Source: an uncultured Verrucomicrobiae bacterium (GTDB taxonomy: Bacteria; Verrucomicrobiota; Verrucomicrobiia; Limisphaerales; CAIMTB01). Taken from it: 64,000 nt of DNA. Every line of letters starts with the position of its first letter. Positions within the stretch are counted from its first letter, which is position 1. The stretch covers positions 589,518 through 653,517 of the forward strand of contig CAWJDJ010000011.1 in assembly GCA_963841495.1 (NCBI GenBank), read 5' to 3'. Under the pieces are notes generated by a model. The model did not search any database. It had not been told where the DNA came from and worked only from the letters and a program-made list of their open reading frames with translations. The position numbers and the translations under genes are program-made. This document shows positions 23,701 through 32,390 of this stretch, one piece after another.

Positions 23701-23900
23701 CGGTGATCACCGGCACAACTGTGGTTTATTGGGTCTCCACACCCGGCCATGTCTATCGTTTGGTGTACCGCGACAGTCTGAGCGATGGCACCTGGCTACC
23801 GACCGGACCTGATGTGCGCGCTGTCAGCGGGGAATCCTTCGTCGAGGATAACTCAGAACCGATTGGTGAGCGATATTACCGCGTTCAAGCAGTCCAATAG
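20733..23900 (+). CDS. Large secreted PD40/TolB-like beta-propeller repeat protein with C-terminal TSP3/dockerin-like Ca-binding repeats
   Basis: Signal peptide MFSSLSRLVFAAILLSCGW. At least 12 repeats of the form SxDGRxVxFxSxAxNLxxxDxNxxxDVFLxD. DSDGDGLEDEWE...DRDGDGISDLSEF near the C-terminus. Confidence 0.65.
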   Translation: MFSSLSRLVFAAILLSCGWWDAASMGASAPVAIAPGGVRPRTREILGNSFAPRISNDGRYVVFLSDANHLAPSDSNQSADVFLKDRSTGQLRLISVSLNGTATGDGLSFNPQISGDGRFVLFESRSVNLVPNDTNNSADVFLRDVQSNRTYFVSHRRDGVTSGNGESRNAVLSGDGQFVVFESLADNLTDVVDTNGTYDVFLYDHLTGSSHLVSVNLEGTAAANAESSSPRASIDGHYVVFETQATNATSIDTNAGWDIVIHDTIERTNLLVSVGENGAGSGLTPSLNPAISADGRLVAFTSSASNLAPGVDRNSVFLRDLEQQITHIASLRHDGVGQHLWDEPPAMTLDDRFLLYASITNIYLFDGASNDVELVSIGHDGVSSANGVCRDPHLSRDGRFVAFLSSASNLVVETVNGDFQVYLRDRQSGTTRLASRGLDGTGSGDCAAIDMTPDARWIVFESRSDQLMANDQNHASDVFLYDAVTDVVERVSTGHGLTQPGVVGGWPLLGAQPLSENGRFLVHALFPEGDETDAAAIQAMAHLSDLVTARNEAINVNTNGIPSIGGVLGGIAISPDGRYAAFASQATDLVAGVSGEFANLYVRDLISRITYRVPHSERSTVGNATYRYAFYFAGGGRYLVHENTDVIDSTRISQIYVFDTQATTNLLVSASHGGTGPARGHSYVLGSSPDSTRIVFLTRATNLDSSGQSGYFVHDLQARSTRRITSLPSISRPNAVTAADTDRVGFSADGRFFALARDEAQGQLLERIDLGDDTILTISRQAFRPSLSEDGNRIAYESHETGIPQIWVWDGPIGTVKLVSRGAATTEGGNGPSTYPLLTPDGGRILFRSRATDLGSVPTANVDNLFMHDLERGSTVLLTAASDSLGSGNGLSGRPILSADGWTLVFETFADNLIPGDVNQTKDILAVRLQDMDSDGDGLEDEWELAYFGDLLSDGSGDRDGDGISDLSEFIAGTNPTDGGQYLRVFATRSVITGTTVVYWVSTPGHVYRLVYRDSLSDGTWLPTGPDVRAVSGESFVEDNSEPIGERYYRVQAVQ

Positions 23901-24606
23901 CGCCTCTTCGCCACGCTGTCATGCGTCTCCGGCCTTTGCTCGGACCCGGTCCGGTCTTCGCCTCGAACTTTCCGCAGTCGTCCGCGCCTATGAGCGTATT
24001 TGTGTTGGAGCCAAACAGTAATACACCTCCGACTGGGTCTCGCTCCACGCCATCAATTCCTCCTGCGAAAAGGAGCGGGATCATGCTCACGCCCTCTTTG
24101 CCGAAGAGCTTCAGCGCGAGCGCGGTCTTTTCGATTCCGTCCGGCATCGCCGCGAAGCGGTCGGCGATGTCTTCGAGAATCTCCCGCTGCGGGCGAAAAG
24201 CGCCGGCGGCGTTGCGAAGCTGAATCCCAAGGGTAGTGAAGGACTCCGCGCCCTCGTCCACCGACCGGGCGAGGAACTTCAACCCGTTCTGGAGCTTCTC
24301 CGCCGACGAGTCCGCGAGCGTGGCGGCGAAGTTGAGGGCGGTCAGTTCGTCCGCGGCGATGCCGAGCTTCTGCGAGACCTCGTCCGCCCGATCCATCTCG
24401 GTCAGGGCCTTCCCCAGTTCGGCGCCGATCCGGTAGACCGAGAGCCCGGCCAGGAAGGTGCTGCCCAGCCCGAGAGCGAATCCACGGATGCGAGTCGCTG
24501 CCGCTTCGAGGGGGCCGTTGATGGCGGCCCGGAACTGGCGCATGCCCGCCTGCACGGCCCCGAGGCCGGTCAGCTTGACGACGACTTCAACCGTGTCGGC
24601 GGGCAT
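23824..24606 (-). pseudogene. Phage tail tape-measure protein N-terminal fragment (prophage remnant)
   Basis: 260 aa; IGAELGKALTEMDRADEVSQKLGIAADELTALNFAATLADSSAEKLQNGLKFLARS...ALALKLFGKEGVSMIPLL resembles the TMP N-terminal region. The remainder of a typical >700-aa TMP is missing. The 3' end overlaps the convergent PD40 gene. Confidence 0.5.
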
Positions 24607-24610
24607 GGGT

Positions 24611-24805
24611 TCAGGGGTGAGGGAAGGCGCCCGCCTTGGCGGCGAGCGTCAGTCGGTGGGCGGCGGCTTCGAGGTAGGCCAGGAGTTGGCGAAGGGTCAG
24701 GCGCATGACCCAGTCGGCCGGGTAGCCCTGCCAGACCAGGAAATCGACGGCGCGAACTAGCGGGCGGTCGGCGTCACGGTGGGGCCAGAGATCCGTCTTC
24801 TGCAA
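24611..24805 (-). CDS. Small hypothetical protein, possibly a phage tail-assembly chaperone remnant
   Basis: 64-aa ORF immediately upstream of the TMP fragment on the same strand; that position is classic for tail chaperones. Confidence 0.3.
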   Translation of the reverse strand: MQKTDLWPHRDADRPLVRAVDFLVWQGYPADWVMRLTLRQLLAYLEAAAHRLTLAAKAGAFPHP

Positions 24806-25585
24806 CCATGCGACTGGCAGGTGATGATTTTACGGTCGTGAACATTGAAGTCCGAGATGGATCTTGGTACGACGACACTGTCGCGTTTGGCGCCAAGCGG
24901 GCGTTATCGCGCCAGAATCTTCCGACCCCGGATAGTCTCATTCTTCCGCGCGAGCAACCGCTCCAGCGCGATCCCACGAGCGCCGGTAAACTCAGAGCTG
25001 AAAGACTCCAGATCCACGGCCGCACCCCCAGTCCTCGAAAGCGGAGTCTCGGAGTGGCTTGCGGCTAACTCGCTGTTACAGAAGCGTCAGGCGTCATCAT
25101 CACAGAATGCGAAGTACTGTAGCGAAATGACCTACGCCATCCCGCCTCAAATCTGTTGTCGGCCCCATGGAAGAAATGGATAGAGGCCTGCCACCCTCAA
25201 CTGGGATCATGTTATGACGTATCAAGTCTCTCTCACGGCTCAGGGTTCGAACTCCACTTTCAAATCCGCAGGACGCTCGTCGGCGTCGGCCTTGACGAAG
25301 GCCAGAATCCGGAGATGGTTCCTGTCGAGTTTCACGATCGGCGTCTGTTGTCTTATGCCGATGACCGCTCCATCGCAGAGTCTGGACCGAGCCGGGGTCC
25401 ACTTCCAGAACGCCCTCCCGACCATTCTCAACACGCATTCCACCTCCTGGCCATCGGTGTCCGATACTCGTAGTTACAGGGTTGAGTAGAGACGGCGCAG
25501 ATGATTGACAGCGACCGCTTCCGCGAGTTTTTCGCGCAAGGCATGGCGGAGCCACCGGATGAATTTCACGCTTCGCTGCGTGGCA

Positions 25586-26755
25586 TTACGTCCGGTACGC
25601 AGCAGCGTCGATATCGCCGCCGAGCGGCAGAAGCTCGGCCAGCGTTGCTAATCGCTTTTCACGACGCTGATCCTCCGGCCGGTTGTGGATATCATGTTCC
25701 TGTTCCAGATGTCGTTCGTATAATTCCACCAAATTGTATGTCAGCGCGACGAAGCGCCCCTGGACTGTGCGTGCCTCTTGACTGCTCGCCCAAGCCTTCT
25801 TCTCGCCCAGTTTGTTCTTTATCTCATCGAATACCTTCTCCACCTCCCAACGCCGCCGATACAGTTCGGCCAGCACCCCGGGCGGCAGGTCCGGTTCATT
25901 GGTCAGGAACATGAACACCCGCTCGCTCTCCGGATCCTGGTACTCAATGAGTCGCAATCGGTGTCCCTCTCGTGACAATACCCACTGGTCATGCAACACG
26001 CCGTGGTTGCGCGGGTCCAACGAGTCCCACAAATGTTCATCCGCCCATTCGAAGACCATGTTCGCCTTGACGCGGCTCAGGAAATAGACGGCGTTCTCGT
26101 GGCGGCACCGTTTCCAGAACCCCAAGTCTACGCCCGCTCGGTCATACACCGCCAACACCCGCTGGCCCTTTCTCACGCTTTGTCGGAGGCCCTTGGGCTT
26201 TAGACGCTTCAACACGCTCATGTCATGTTCGTGCTCGCCCTCGGCCACGGCCAGATGACGGACGCTATGGTCGTGCAACTGGAGACTGAAGCAGTGTCCC
26301 ACGGCGACTTTTTTTCCAGCGTAACGTTCGTCGTGGGCAGCAGCCTTGTGCCAGTGCATATCGACGGCGAAGCAGACGTAATTGGCCAGTTCGGGGATAT
26401 GGCTCAGTCGATCGGTTGAAGTCGCAGCAACCTGGCAAAGCACTCCATCCACGACATCCTGAAGCACCGCACCTCGTCGTTCGCTGTGAAGACTGGAGAA
26501 GTAGTTGGAGACCTTCGGAGGTTGGGCGAATCGCAGGCCGTGCTCCTGCAGAAAGCCGCGTCCGCTGGGCACATCCTCGAGCACGCGCTGAATACCGGCG
26601 CGCACCCACTGGCTGTCGGAGATCTCCGGACAGGGTCGCGTGTGCTGGGAGGTCTCGGCGAGATTGGCGATCGGGGCAAAAAACGCGTCGTTCACGGTGG
26701 AGGGTAAGCAAGGAGTAGCCATTGAGGCAATTTTGGCGGCACTTGGCCGCGTCAA
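25586..26755 (-). mobile_element. IS4-family (DDE_Tnp_1) transposase gene; IS ends not delimited
   Basis: YRRRWEVEKVFDEIKNKL C-terminal signature and an H..D..E-rich catalytic region. Probable ATG start near 26722 (MATPCLP). Sits in a lower-GC context. Confidence 0.7.
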
Positions 26756-26920
26756 GCCTATTTCCTGCGTTTATGGGCCTTTCTGAGCGCCTTTTCGGAA
26801 GCGGGAGACTGATTTGAACCCCCGCGCGCCCTGTGCACGGGACAGGATTTACACGCCGCCCTCAACCAGCCATTCGTTCCTGACTAACTTCAGCTATCGG
26901 ACACCGTTGCCTCCTGGCAT

Positions 26921-27553
26921 GTGGGCTATCTCGTCACCAACGCCTCCACCCGCGAGGTACTTCCCCAAGCCTCGACGTACGTGGAGCTTGCTGACGGCAG
27001 GAACTACAGGGACGAGAATGGCTTTTGGCGACGCACGGTGCCTGAATTCGTGGAAACGCCGGCCGGTTTCGCCGTGCACACGGGACCGCAGAAGGTCGAG
27101 TTGGCCAAGAACCTCAATCAACCCGGTGCCGTGCTCTACACGGCGGAGGGCGTTTGCCTCGAAAGTGCGCCGTTGGCCCTTGGTTACTACGACCCCGTGA
27201 CCGGTGCATCGGTGGTTCTGGCCCGAGTCAAGGACTCCTCCGCCGAGCAAGTCGCCCCGAACGTCGTTGTCTACTCGGACAGCTTCGACGACATTGAGGC
27301 CTCGATTCGCTACACCTACGAGGTAGGCGCGTTCCATTCCGATGTCGTCTTGCACGAGGCGCCCAGACTACCGTCTGATTATGGGCTCTCGGAACTGACG
27401 AGGTTGGAAGTCTGGACGGAATTCGGCCCTGATTCGACGGCAGCCGAGAGCACAACGCGTCTGATTCGCCGCGAAGAGGATCCTGCCCGTCGCGCCGCTA
27501 TGATCGAGCCGGATTTCACCGATGAAACCCTCGACTTCGGGGACGACGTCTGA
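26921..27553 (+). CDS. Hypothetical protein (island gene, GTG start)
   Basis: 210-aa ORF in a lower-GC island, abutting the next gene. Confidence 0.4.
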   Translation: MGYLVTNASTREVLPQASTYVELADGRNYRDENGFWRRTVPEFVETPAGFAVHTGPQKVELAKNLNQPGAVLYTAEGVCLESAPLALGYYDPVTGASVVLARVKDSSAEQVAPNVVVYSDSFDDIEASIRYTYEVGAFHSDVVLHEAPRLPSDYGLSELTRLEVWTEFGPDSTAAESTTRLIRREEDPARRAAMIEPDFTDETLDFGDDV

Positions 27554-28876
27554 ATGGCGATCGGGCACGCCTTCACCATCTTCGATCTCGCGTCAGGACA
27601 AAACACCGACCCAAATGAAGAAGCGGTGCCGGTGGGGAAGAAGTTCGAGGTGATTGACGGTCGCCGTTACCTCATTGAAGGGGTCGAGTATCGGTCAATC
27701 GAGCCTTTCCTCCGAACCCTTTCGAAGAGAGCATCGCTTCCCTCCCGTGATTCTGCAGCCTCGGCAATGGCGTCGGTCGCCTCGCAGGGACGCAAGGCGC
27801 CCGTGCGAACTATCGGATCGGGCAACCCGGAACTTGCTTCCGCGACGCGTCCGCGGGCGACCAAAGGTTTCGTTATCGATTATGTTATCAAGAATGGCAG
27901 TGCCGGCAGTGGTTTTACCTTTTTGGCCAATGGCACTTACTACATCAGCAGCACATTTGGAGTCGGTTCATCGGCGACTTTTCAACCAGGCTGCATTATC
28001 AAGTACACCAATAATGCTAGTCTATATCTCTACGGCTACGTATATTTCCCAGCGACGAGTCCGCAGGCTGTCTTCACATCCAAGGATGACAATCTCTATG
28101 GCGAGATCATTGGCGGCAGTACCGGTAGTCCGACCTATGCCGCGTCCCCTGCGATCTGGATTTACTATCCGACCTTCAATACGGACATTCGTAACGCTTA
28201 CATTCGGTGGGCGAAGGTGGGCGTCCGCCACGACCATAATACCGGCGTCACCGCGACCCATCAATTCAGAGACTCCACGATCAAGAACTCGCAGACAGGC
28301 GTCTATGGCGGCGCCAATTGCCCCCAGGTCACGATCAGCAACTCGAAGAAATGCAATGTGACCACGTCGAAGAACGGTGCCTGCATCAGTGGCGATCTCA
28401 CGGTCAACTGCGACGGTGACAATGATTTCGATGAACTCCCGGACTCGTGGGAGATCACTCACTGGGGCGGCACGGGCGTCCAGAATGGCAATGGCGACCC
28501 CGACGGCGACGGCTTGATCAACTTCAAGGAGTACTTCGGAGGTTTGAATCCGAAGGTGAATGATACCGATGGCGACGGACTTAAGGATCTTCAGGAATAC
28601 GAAGTCACGTTCAACGTAGTGGTGAACAGCACGACGGCTGACTATGGCCAGGAGCAGAACACGCAATTCGAATCCCATTGTGCTGTTCTAAATGGCAATG
28701 TGATCGTGGGGTTCGTGGACTCAAACAAGGGAGTCTTCGAGCTTGGGGCGAGCCCTTATCTTACAACTCGCACTCCACGTTTTGTCGGCTACGCGTTCTC
28801 TCAGTTTGGCGGAGCGGTCTTCGAGGACAAGGATGTTCCGCCTTTGAGCACCCAGGGTGGTCGCACGTGTACCTGA
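27554..28876 (+). CDS. Right-handed beta-helix (pectate-lyase/tailspike-like) protein with TSP3/dockerin-like calcium-binding repeats
   Basis: GSAGSGFTFLANGTYYISSTFGV, TIKNSQTGVYGGANC, then DGDNDFDELPDSWE...DPDGDGLINFKEYFGGLNPKVNDTDGDGLKDLQE. Codon usage is about 52% GC. Confidence 0.5.
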   Translation: MAIGHAFTIFDLASGQNTDPNEEAVPVGKKFEVIDGRRYLIEGVEYRSIEPFLRTLSKRASLPSRDSAASAMASVASQGRKAPVRTIGSGNPELASATRPRATKGFVIDYVIKNGSAGSGFTFLANGTYYISSTFGVGSSATFQPGCIIKYTNNASLYLYGYVYFPATSPQAVFTSKDDNLYGEIIGGSTGSPTYAASPAIWIYYPTFNTDIRNAYIRWAKVGVRHDHNTGVTATHQFRDSTIKNSQTGVYGGANCPQVTISNSKKCNVTTSKNGACISGDLTVNCDGDNDFDELPDSWEITHWGGTGVQNGNGDPDGDGLINFKEYFGGLNPKVNDTDGDGLKDLQEYEVTFNVVVNSTTADYGQEQNTQFESHCAVLNGNVIVGFVDSNKGVFELGASPYLTTRTPRFVGYAFSQFGGAVFEDKDVPPLSTQGGRTCT

Positions 28877-28987
28877 CCTGGACGGACAATCGCCTTCCAG
28901 CTGAGGGAACGCTCTACACGAGGGCTCAATCCGACATTCGGTGCGTGCGGATTACTTGGCCATAACCCCTGACCTTGCTGCAGAACT

Positions 28988-29698
28988 ATGAAGACCTTTC
29001 TTATCTCAATCGCTTTTTGTCAGTTCCTCGCGGTTTCTTACACCACAACCGCGATTGTGCAATTTGAACTGAACAATCGGTTAGCCGTTTATGGAATCGA
29101 TGCGCCGGTCGTGGACTCGCAAGGTGTGGCGTTGGAAGGAACGAATTATCTGGCGGAGCTGTGGGGAGGCCCTGACAGCAGCGCGCTGGCCCCTGGCAGA
29201 AGCCTTAACGGGAATGATCGAGTCTTTGCGACGTTTCATTCGCCCGGATACTTTCGCTCACCGAAGATAATTTTGGTGTTCGAGACGCCGGGAACCCTGC
29301 ACGCATGGCTCCAAGTTCGTGTATGGGACGTCCGTCTAGGAGCGACCTATGAAGATGCGGCCAAACGTGGCCTGGGTGGCTACGGAGAATCTGCTCTGTT
29401 CTATGCCGAAGGTAGTCCAATCCTCGTCAACCCGGCCCCACCAAAGCCGTTAAAAGGCCTAGAAGCCTTCGATCTTCTACCGGTGACAGGTGTTTTGGTT
29501 CGCGCGATTCGTCCCGAAGGCGACACGATTGTCATCGAGTGGATCGGCGTCTTCGGGCACTATCAAGTCCAGGACGTATCAGCCTTGAATCAGACATGGA
29601 CGGATGCGGGCGAGCGGACGTTGGCAACAAGCTCGACCAACGCCATCGTCGGGGCCGCTCGCTTCTTTCGGGTAATCGGGTTACCGCCTGATGGATAA
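28988..29698 (+). CDS. Secreted hypothetical protein (signal peptide, about 48% GC)
   Basis: MKTFLISIAFCQFLAVSYTTTA signal peptide. Markedly lower GC than the host genes. Confidence 0.45.
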   Translation: MKTFLISIAFCQFLAVSYTTTAIVQFELNNRLAVYGIDAPVVDSQGVALEGTNYLAELWGGPDSSALAPGRSLNGNDRVFATFHSPGYFRSPKIILVFETPGTLHAWLQVRVWDVRLGATYEDAAKRGLGGYGESALFYAEGSPILVNPAPPKPLKGLEAFDLLPVTGVLVRAIRPEGDTIVIEWIGVFGHYQVQDVSALNQTWTDAGERTLATSSTNAIVGAARFFRVIGLPPDG

Positions 29699-29741
29699 TC
29701 TGACCGGAGATCTTAAAAGAGCAGCGGCTCGTTCCTACAGT

Positions 29742-29825
29742 CTGTCTCAGAAGAGGCGGCAGGGGATCGCTTCATTGGAGTCTTTAAACCCAACCCCTTT
29801 GAAGCTCTTGCCGCCTCTTCCTTCA
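29742..29825. repeat. Long hairpin (12-14 bp stem, about 50-nt loop) at the island boundary
   Basis: gaagaggcggcagg ... cttgccgcctcttc is an inverted repeat at the transition from lower-GC to host-GC sequence. Confidence 0.4.
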
Positions 29826-29939
29826 AGCCCCGTATGAAATATTCGGGCTAGCTAGGGCAGACATCTGCCGGGCACACGCGCGCGGGCTTCAGCCCGCATC
29901 GGCGCAAGGAGGAGCGTGGTCTGCCAAATGTTCAAACCC

Positions 29940-30893
29940 TCAACTCAGTTTCGCCAGGACCGTCCGCGCGTACTCCGCGCTCCGACGGTGCGCTTCCAGC
30001 GGAGAAAGCGTCTTCGGCGTTCCCTTCTCGACCGCGATCTCCAGGACAAGGTGCGGGTGGGCGCCGGCCTCCTGGAGGGCAGCCGCGAGGGCGGGATAGT
30101 CGATATCTCCGGGACCGAGCGTCTCCGACCAGATGCCCTTCTCGGATTGCCGGAGATGGACCTCGGCAACGCGACCGCCGTAGAGCTTGACGACGTCCAT
30201 GAGGGCCACCTGGGAATCCCCGGAGCCCCGATAGATCCAATGAGCGTCGAGGCACAGATGGACCAGGCGCGGGTCCGTTCCCACCATCATGTGATGGAAT
30301 TCGCGCGCCGCCTGGCGCAGTTCCATGTCGTGGTTGTGGTAGGCGAGCGTCAGGCCCAAACCCTGCAATGCGCGCCCGAGCCTTTCCAGGGCTCCGGCCT
30401 GGACGCGCAGTTGGAGGTCATCCTTGGCCTCGGTTCCGCCCCACTGGATGGGATTGGGGTTTGTAACGATGATGCGTGTCCCCACCGCCTTGGCGGCCCT
30501 GGCAATCGCCATGATGTGCATGAGACTCTTCTCAGCCTCGGCAGGCGTATGGAGAGTGCTGTTGACATACAGCGAGCGCATCTCGAGGCCCTTCTGCGAC
30601 AATACGGGCGCCAGATTTTCCACGTCCTCCACCGAGCCCGCGCTCGGTTCGAAGCCATTCAGACCCGCGGCCTTCACTTCCGCGAGTCCCTCCGAAAGCA
30701 GAGCGCCGAAGTTCTTCCCCTCACGCTGATAGAAGACATTCCACGAATACGCATTGGTCGAGAGGTACAGTTCCGCACGGGGCGCATCCTCTGCCGCGTG
30801 GTTCGCAATACCCGTGGTGGCCGCGAATGCGGTTGTGGCAGCAAAGCCGGTCTGCTTCAGAAACTGTCGTCGGGTTGGGTTGGTCGAGATCAT
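29940..30893 (-). CDS. Tat-signal sugar phosphate isomerase/epimerase (xylose-isomerase-like TIM barrel)
   Basis: MISTNPTRRQFLKQTGFAATTAFAATTG Tat signal. HNHDMEL and CLDAHW motifs of AP-endonuclease 2/xylose isomerase-like fold. Confidence 0.7.
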   Translation of the reverse strand: MISTNPTRRQFLKQTGFAATTAFAATTGIANHAAEDAPRAELYLSTNAYSWNVFYQREGKNFGALLSEGLAEVKAAGLNGFEPSAGSVEDVENLAPVLSQKGLEMRSLYVNSTLHTPAEAEKSLMHIMAIARAAKAVGTRIIVTNPNPIQWGGTEAKDDLQLRVQAGALERLGRALQGLGLTLAYHNHDMELRQAAREFHHMMVGTDPRLVHLCLDAHWIYRGSGDSQVALMDVVKLYGGRVAEVHLRQSEKGIWSETLGPGDIDYPALAAALQEAGAHPHLVLEIAVEKGTPKTLSPLEAHRRSAEYARTVLAKLS

Positions 30894-31136
30894 ACCGTTG
30901 CCATGGCTCGGGGTGGAGATAAGCGGGATGACCGTGGAATCGTTGACGCCGTCGCGCAACTGATCTGTTGCCAACGGCCGTGGAGGAGACAGACCGCGAA
31001 GGAAACGAAGGACCCAACCCTCGAAGAGGTCGGTTCCTCCATCCCAGGGTTGCGACGAAGGAGCTACCCTGGGTGGCCATGCCGATCAGGAGCCAACCTC
31101 ACCGAGGTTGCGCCGACCTTCCATGCCCACATCGAA

Positions 31137-32252
31137 TCAGAGGCGTCGACCGGTGGATGCATCGAACCAATGGAAGACCCCTGGCGGGAACACAACGCTC
31201 ACAGCGCTTGCGCCAGGATCCGGATCCGGCACGGCTGTCGCTGTCCGGGCCAGGAGCGGTGAACCCTCCACCCGCAGCCGAATCCAGGTCTCGGAACCGA
31301 GCCTCTCCACCGCCTCGACGGCACCCCGAAGGTGGAGTTCGCCGTCCATGCCTTCTCGAGGCGGCGAGAGGTGAACGTCCTCCGGCCGGATCCCGAGCAG
31401 AATGCCCGCAGGCCGATTCCACCCTGGCCGGGACGACGCCAGGGGCAATCGCCAGCGTCCGCCATGTTCGGTGACGAACGACGCGGGGTCGCCGCCTTCA
31501 ACATGCCCTGCAATGAGATTCATCGGAGGCGAGCCCAGGAACTGGGCCACGAACCGCGTGGCAGGTTCGCGGTAGACGGCCAGAGGCGGTCCCACCTGCT
31601 CCAGTTCGCCCGCCCTCAGCAGGGCGACACGGTCCCCCAGGGCCATCGCCTCGGCTTGATCGTGGGTGACGAAGATCACCGCAGCGCCGAGTTCGCGCTG
31701 AAGACGCTTGATCTCGCCTCGAAGCTGGATCCGAAGCGGGAGGTCCAACTGGGCGAGAGGCTCGTCCAGGAGCAGGATTTCCGGGCGCCGGACTAACACC
31801 GTCCCAAGGGCCACCCGCTGGCGCTCCCCGCCGGAGAGTGTGTCGGGACGCCGCTCGAGGAGTTCCGGGATTCCAAGCCACGCCGCCGCCGCCTCCACCC
31901 GGCGCGCGCTTTCGCGCGGCGATTCCCCTCGAAGCCGCGGGATGAATCCGAGGTTTTGACGCACATTCAGGTGCGGAAAAAGGGGATGGTCCTGGAAGAC
32001 CATGGCGACACCCCGGGCGCGCGGCGGAACCCCTCTCATCCCTCGGTCGCCCATGCGGATGCTCCCCTCCGAGGGCGTGTCGAGTCCGGCGATCAACCGG
32101 AGGAGGGTTGTCTTGCCCGAGCCGGAGGGGCCGAGAAGCGTAAGAAGCTCGCCACGGGCAATGTCGAGCGAGACGTCGCGGAGGGCGCAGGTCTCACGGC
32201 CGTCCGGGCCTCGGAATCGCTTGCTCACACATCGGAGTTCGATTGCCGACAC
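31137..32252 (-). CDS. ABC transporter ATP-binding protein, MalK/UgpC/MsiK type (orphan; no adjacent permease or binding protein)
   Basis: IELRCVSKRF..GPSGSGKTTLLR..LSGGERQRVALG..LLLDEPLAQLD, with a C-terminal transport-associated OB domain (FLGSPPMNLI). Probable GTG start around 32252. The longer track ORF is antisense to the AKR gene. Confidence 0.7.
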   Translation of the reverse strand: MSAIELRCVSKRFRGPDGRETCALRDVSLDIARGELLTLLGPSGSGKTTLLRLIAGLDTPSEGSIRMGDRGMRGVPPRARGVAMVFQDHPLFPHLNVRQNLGFIPRLRGESPRESARRVEAAAAWLGIPELLERRPDTLSGGERQRVALGTVLVRRPEILLLDEPLAQLDLPLRIQLRGEIKRLQRELGAAVIFVTHDQAEAMALGDRVALLRAGELEQVGPPLAVYREPATRFVAQFLGSPPMNLIAGHVEGGDPASFVTEHGGRWRLPLASSRPGWNRPAGILLGIRPEDVHLSPPREGMDGELHLRGAVEAVERLGSETWIRLRVEGSPLLARTATAVPDPDPGASAVSVVFPPGVFHWFDASTGRRL

Positions 32253-32390
32253 GGGATCACCCTCCGGTCCGTCGTGGGGCTTGTCGAGGATCGGCGGGCC
32301 GGGACTGGATTCCCGCTGACGACCGCCAGCCTCCTCGAGAGGGCCTTCAACAGAAGTTGCCTGCCGGACGGCTCGTCCCATCTTGGTCCC

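Noticed and set aside
24774-25183. Small ORFs 24774..25025(-), 24808..25068(+), 24845..25183(+)
   Set aside because: Mutually overlapping, with no domain signal, in the degraded prophage/IS scar; probably noncoding remnants.
29916-31262. 448-aa plus ORF and N-terminal half of the 31137..33233 minus ORF
   Set aside because: Antisense to the xylose-isomerase-like gene and to the AKR gene. Only the C-terminal 372 codons of the minus ORF have the ABC ATPase fold.
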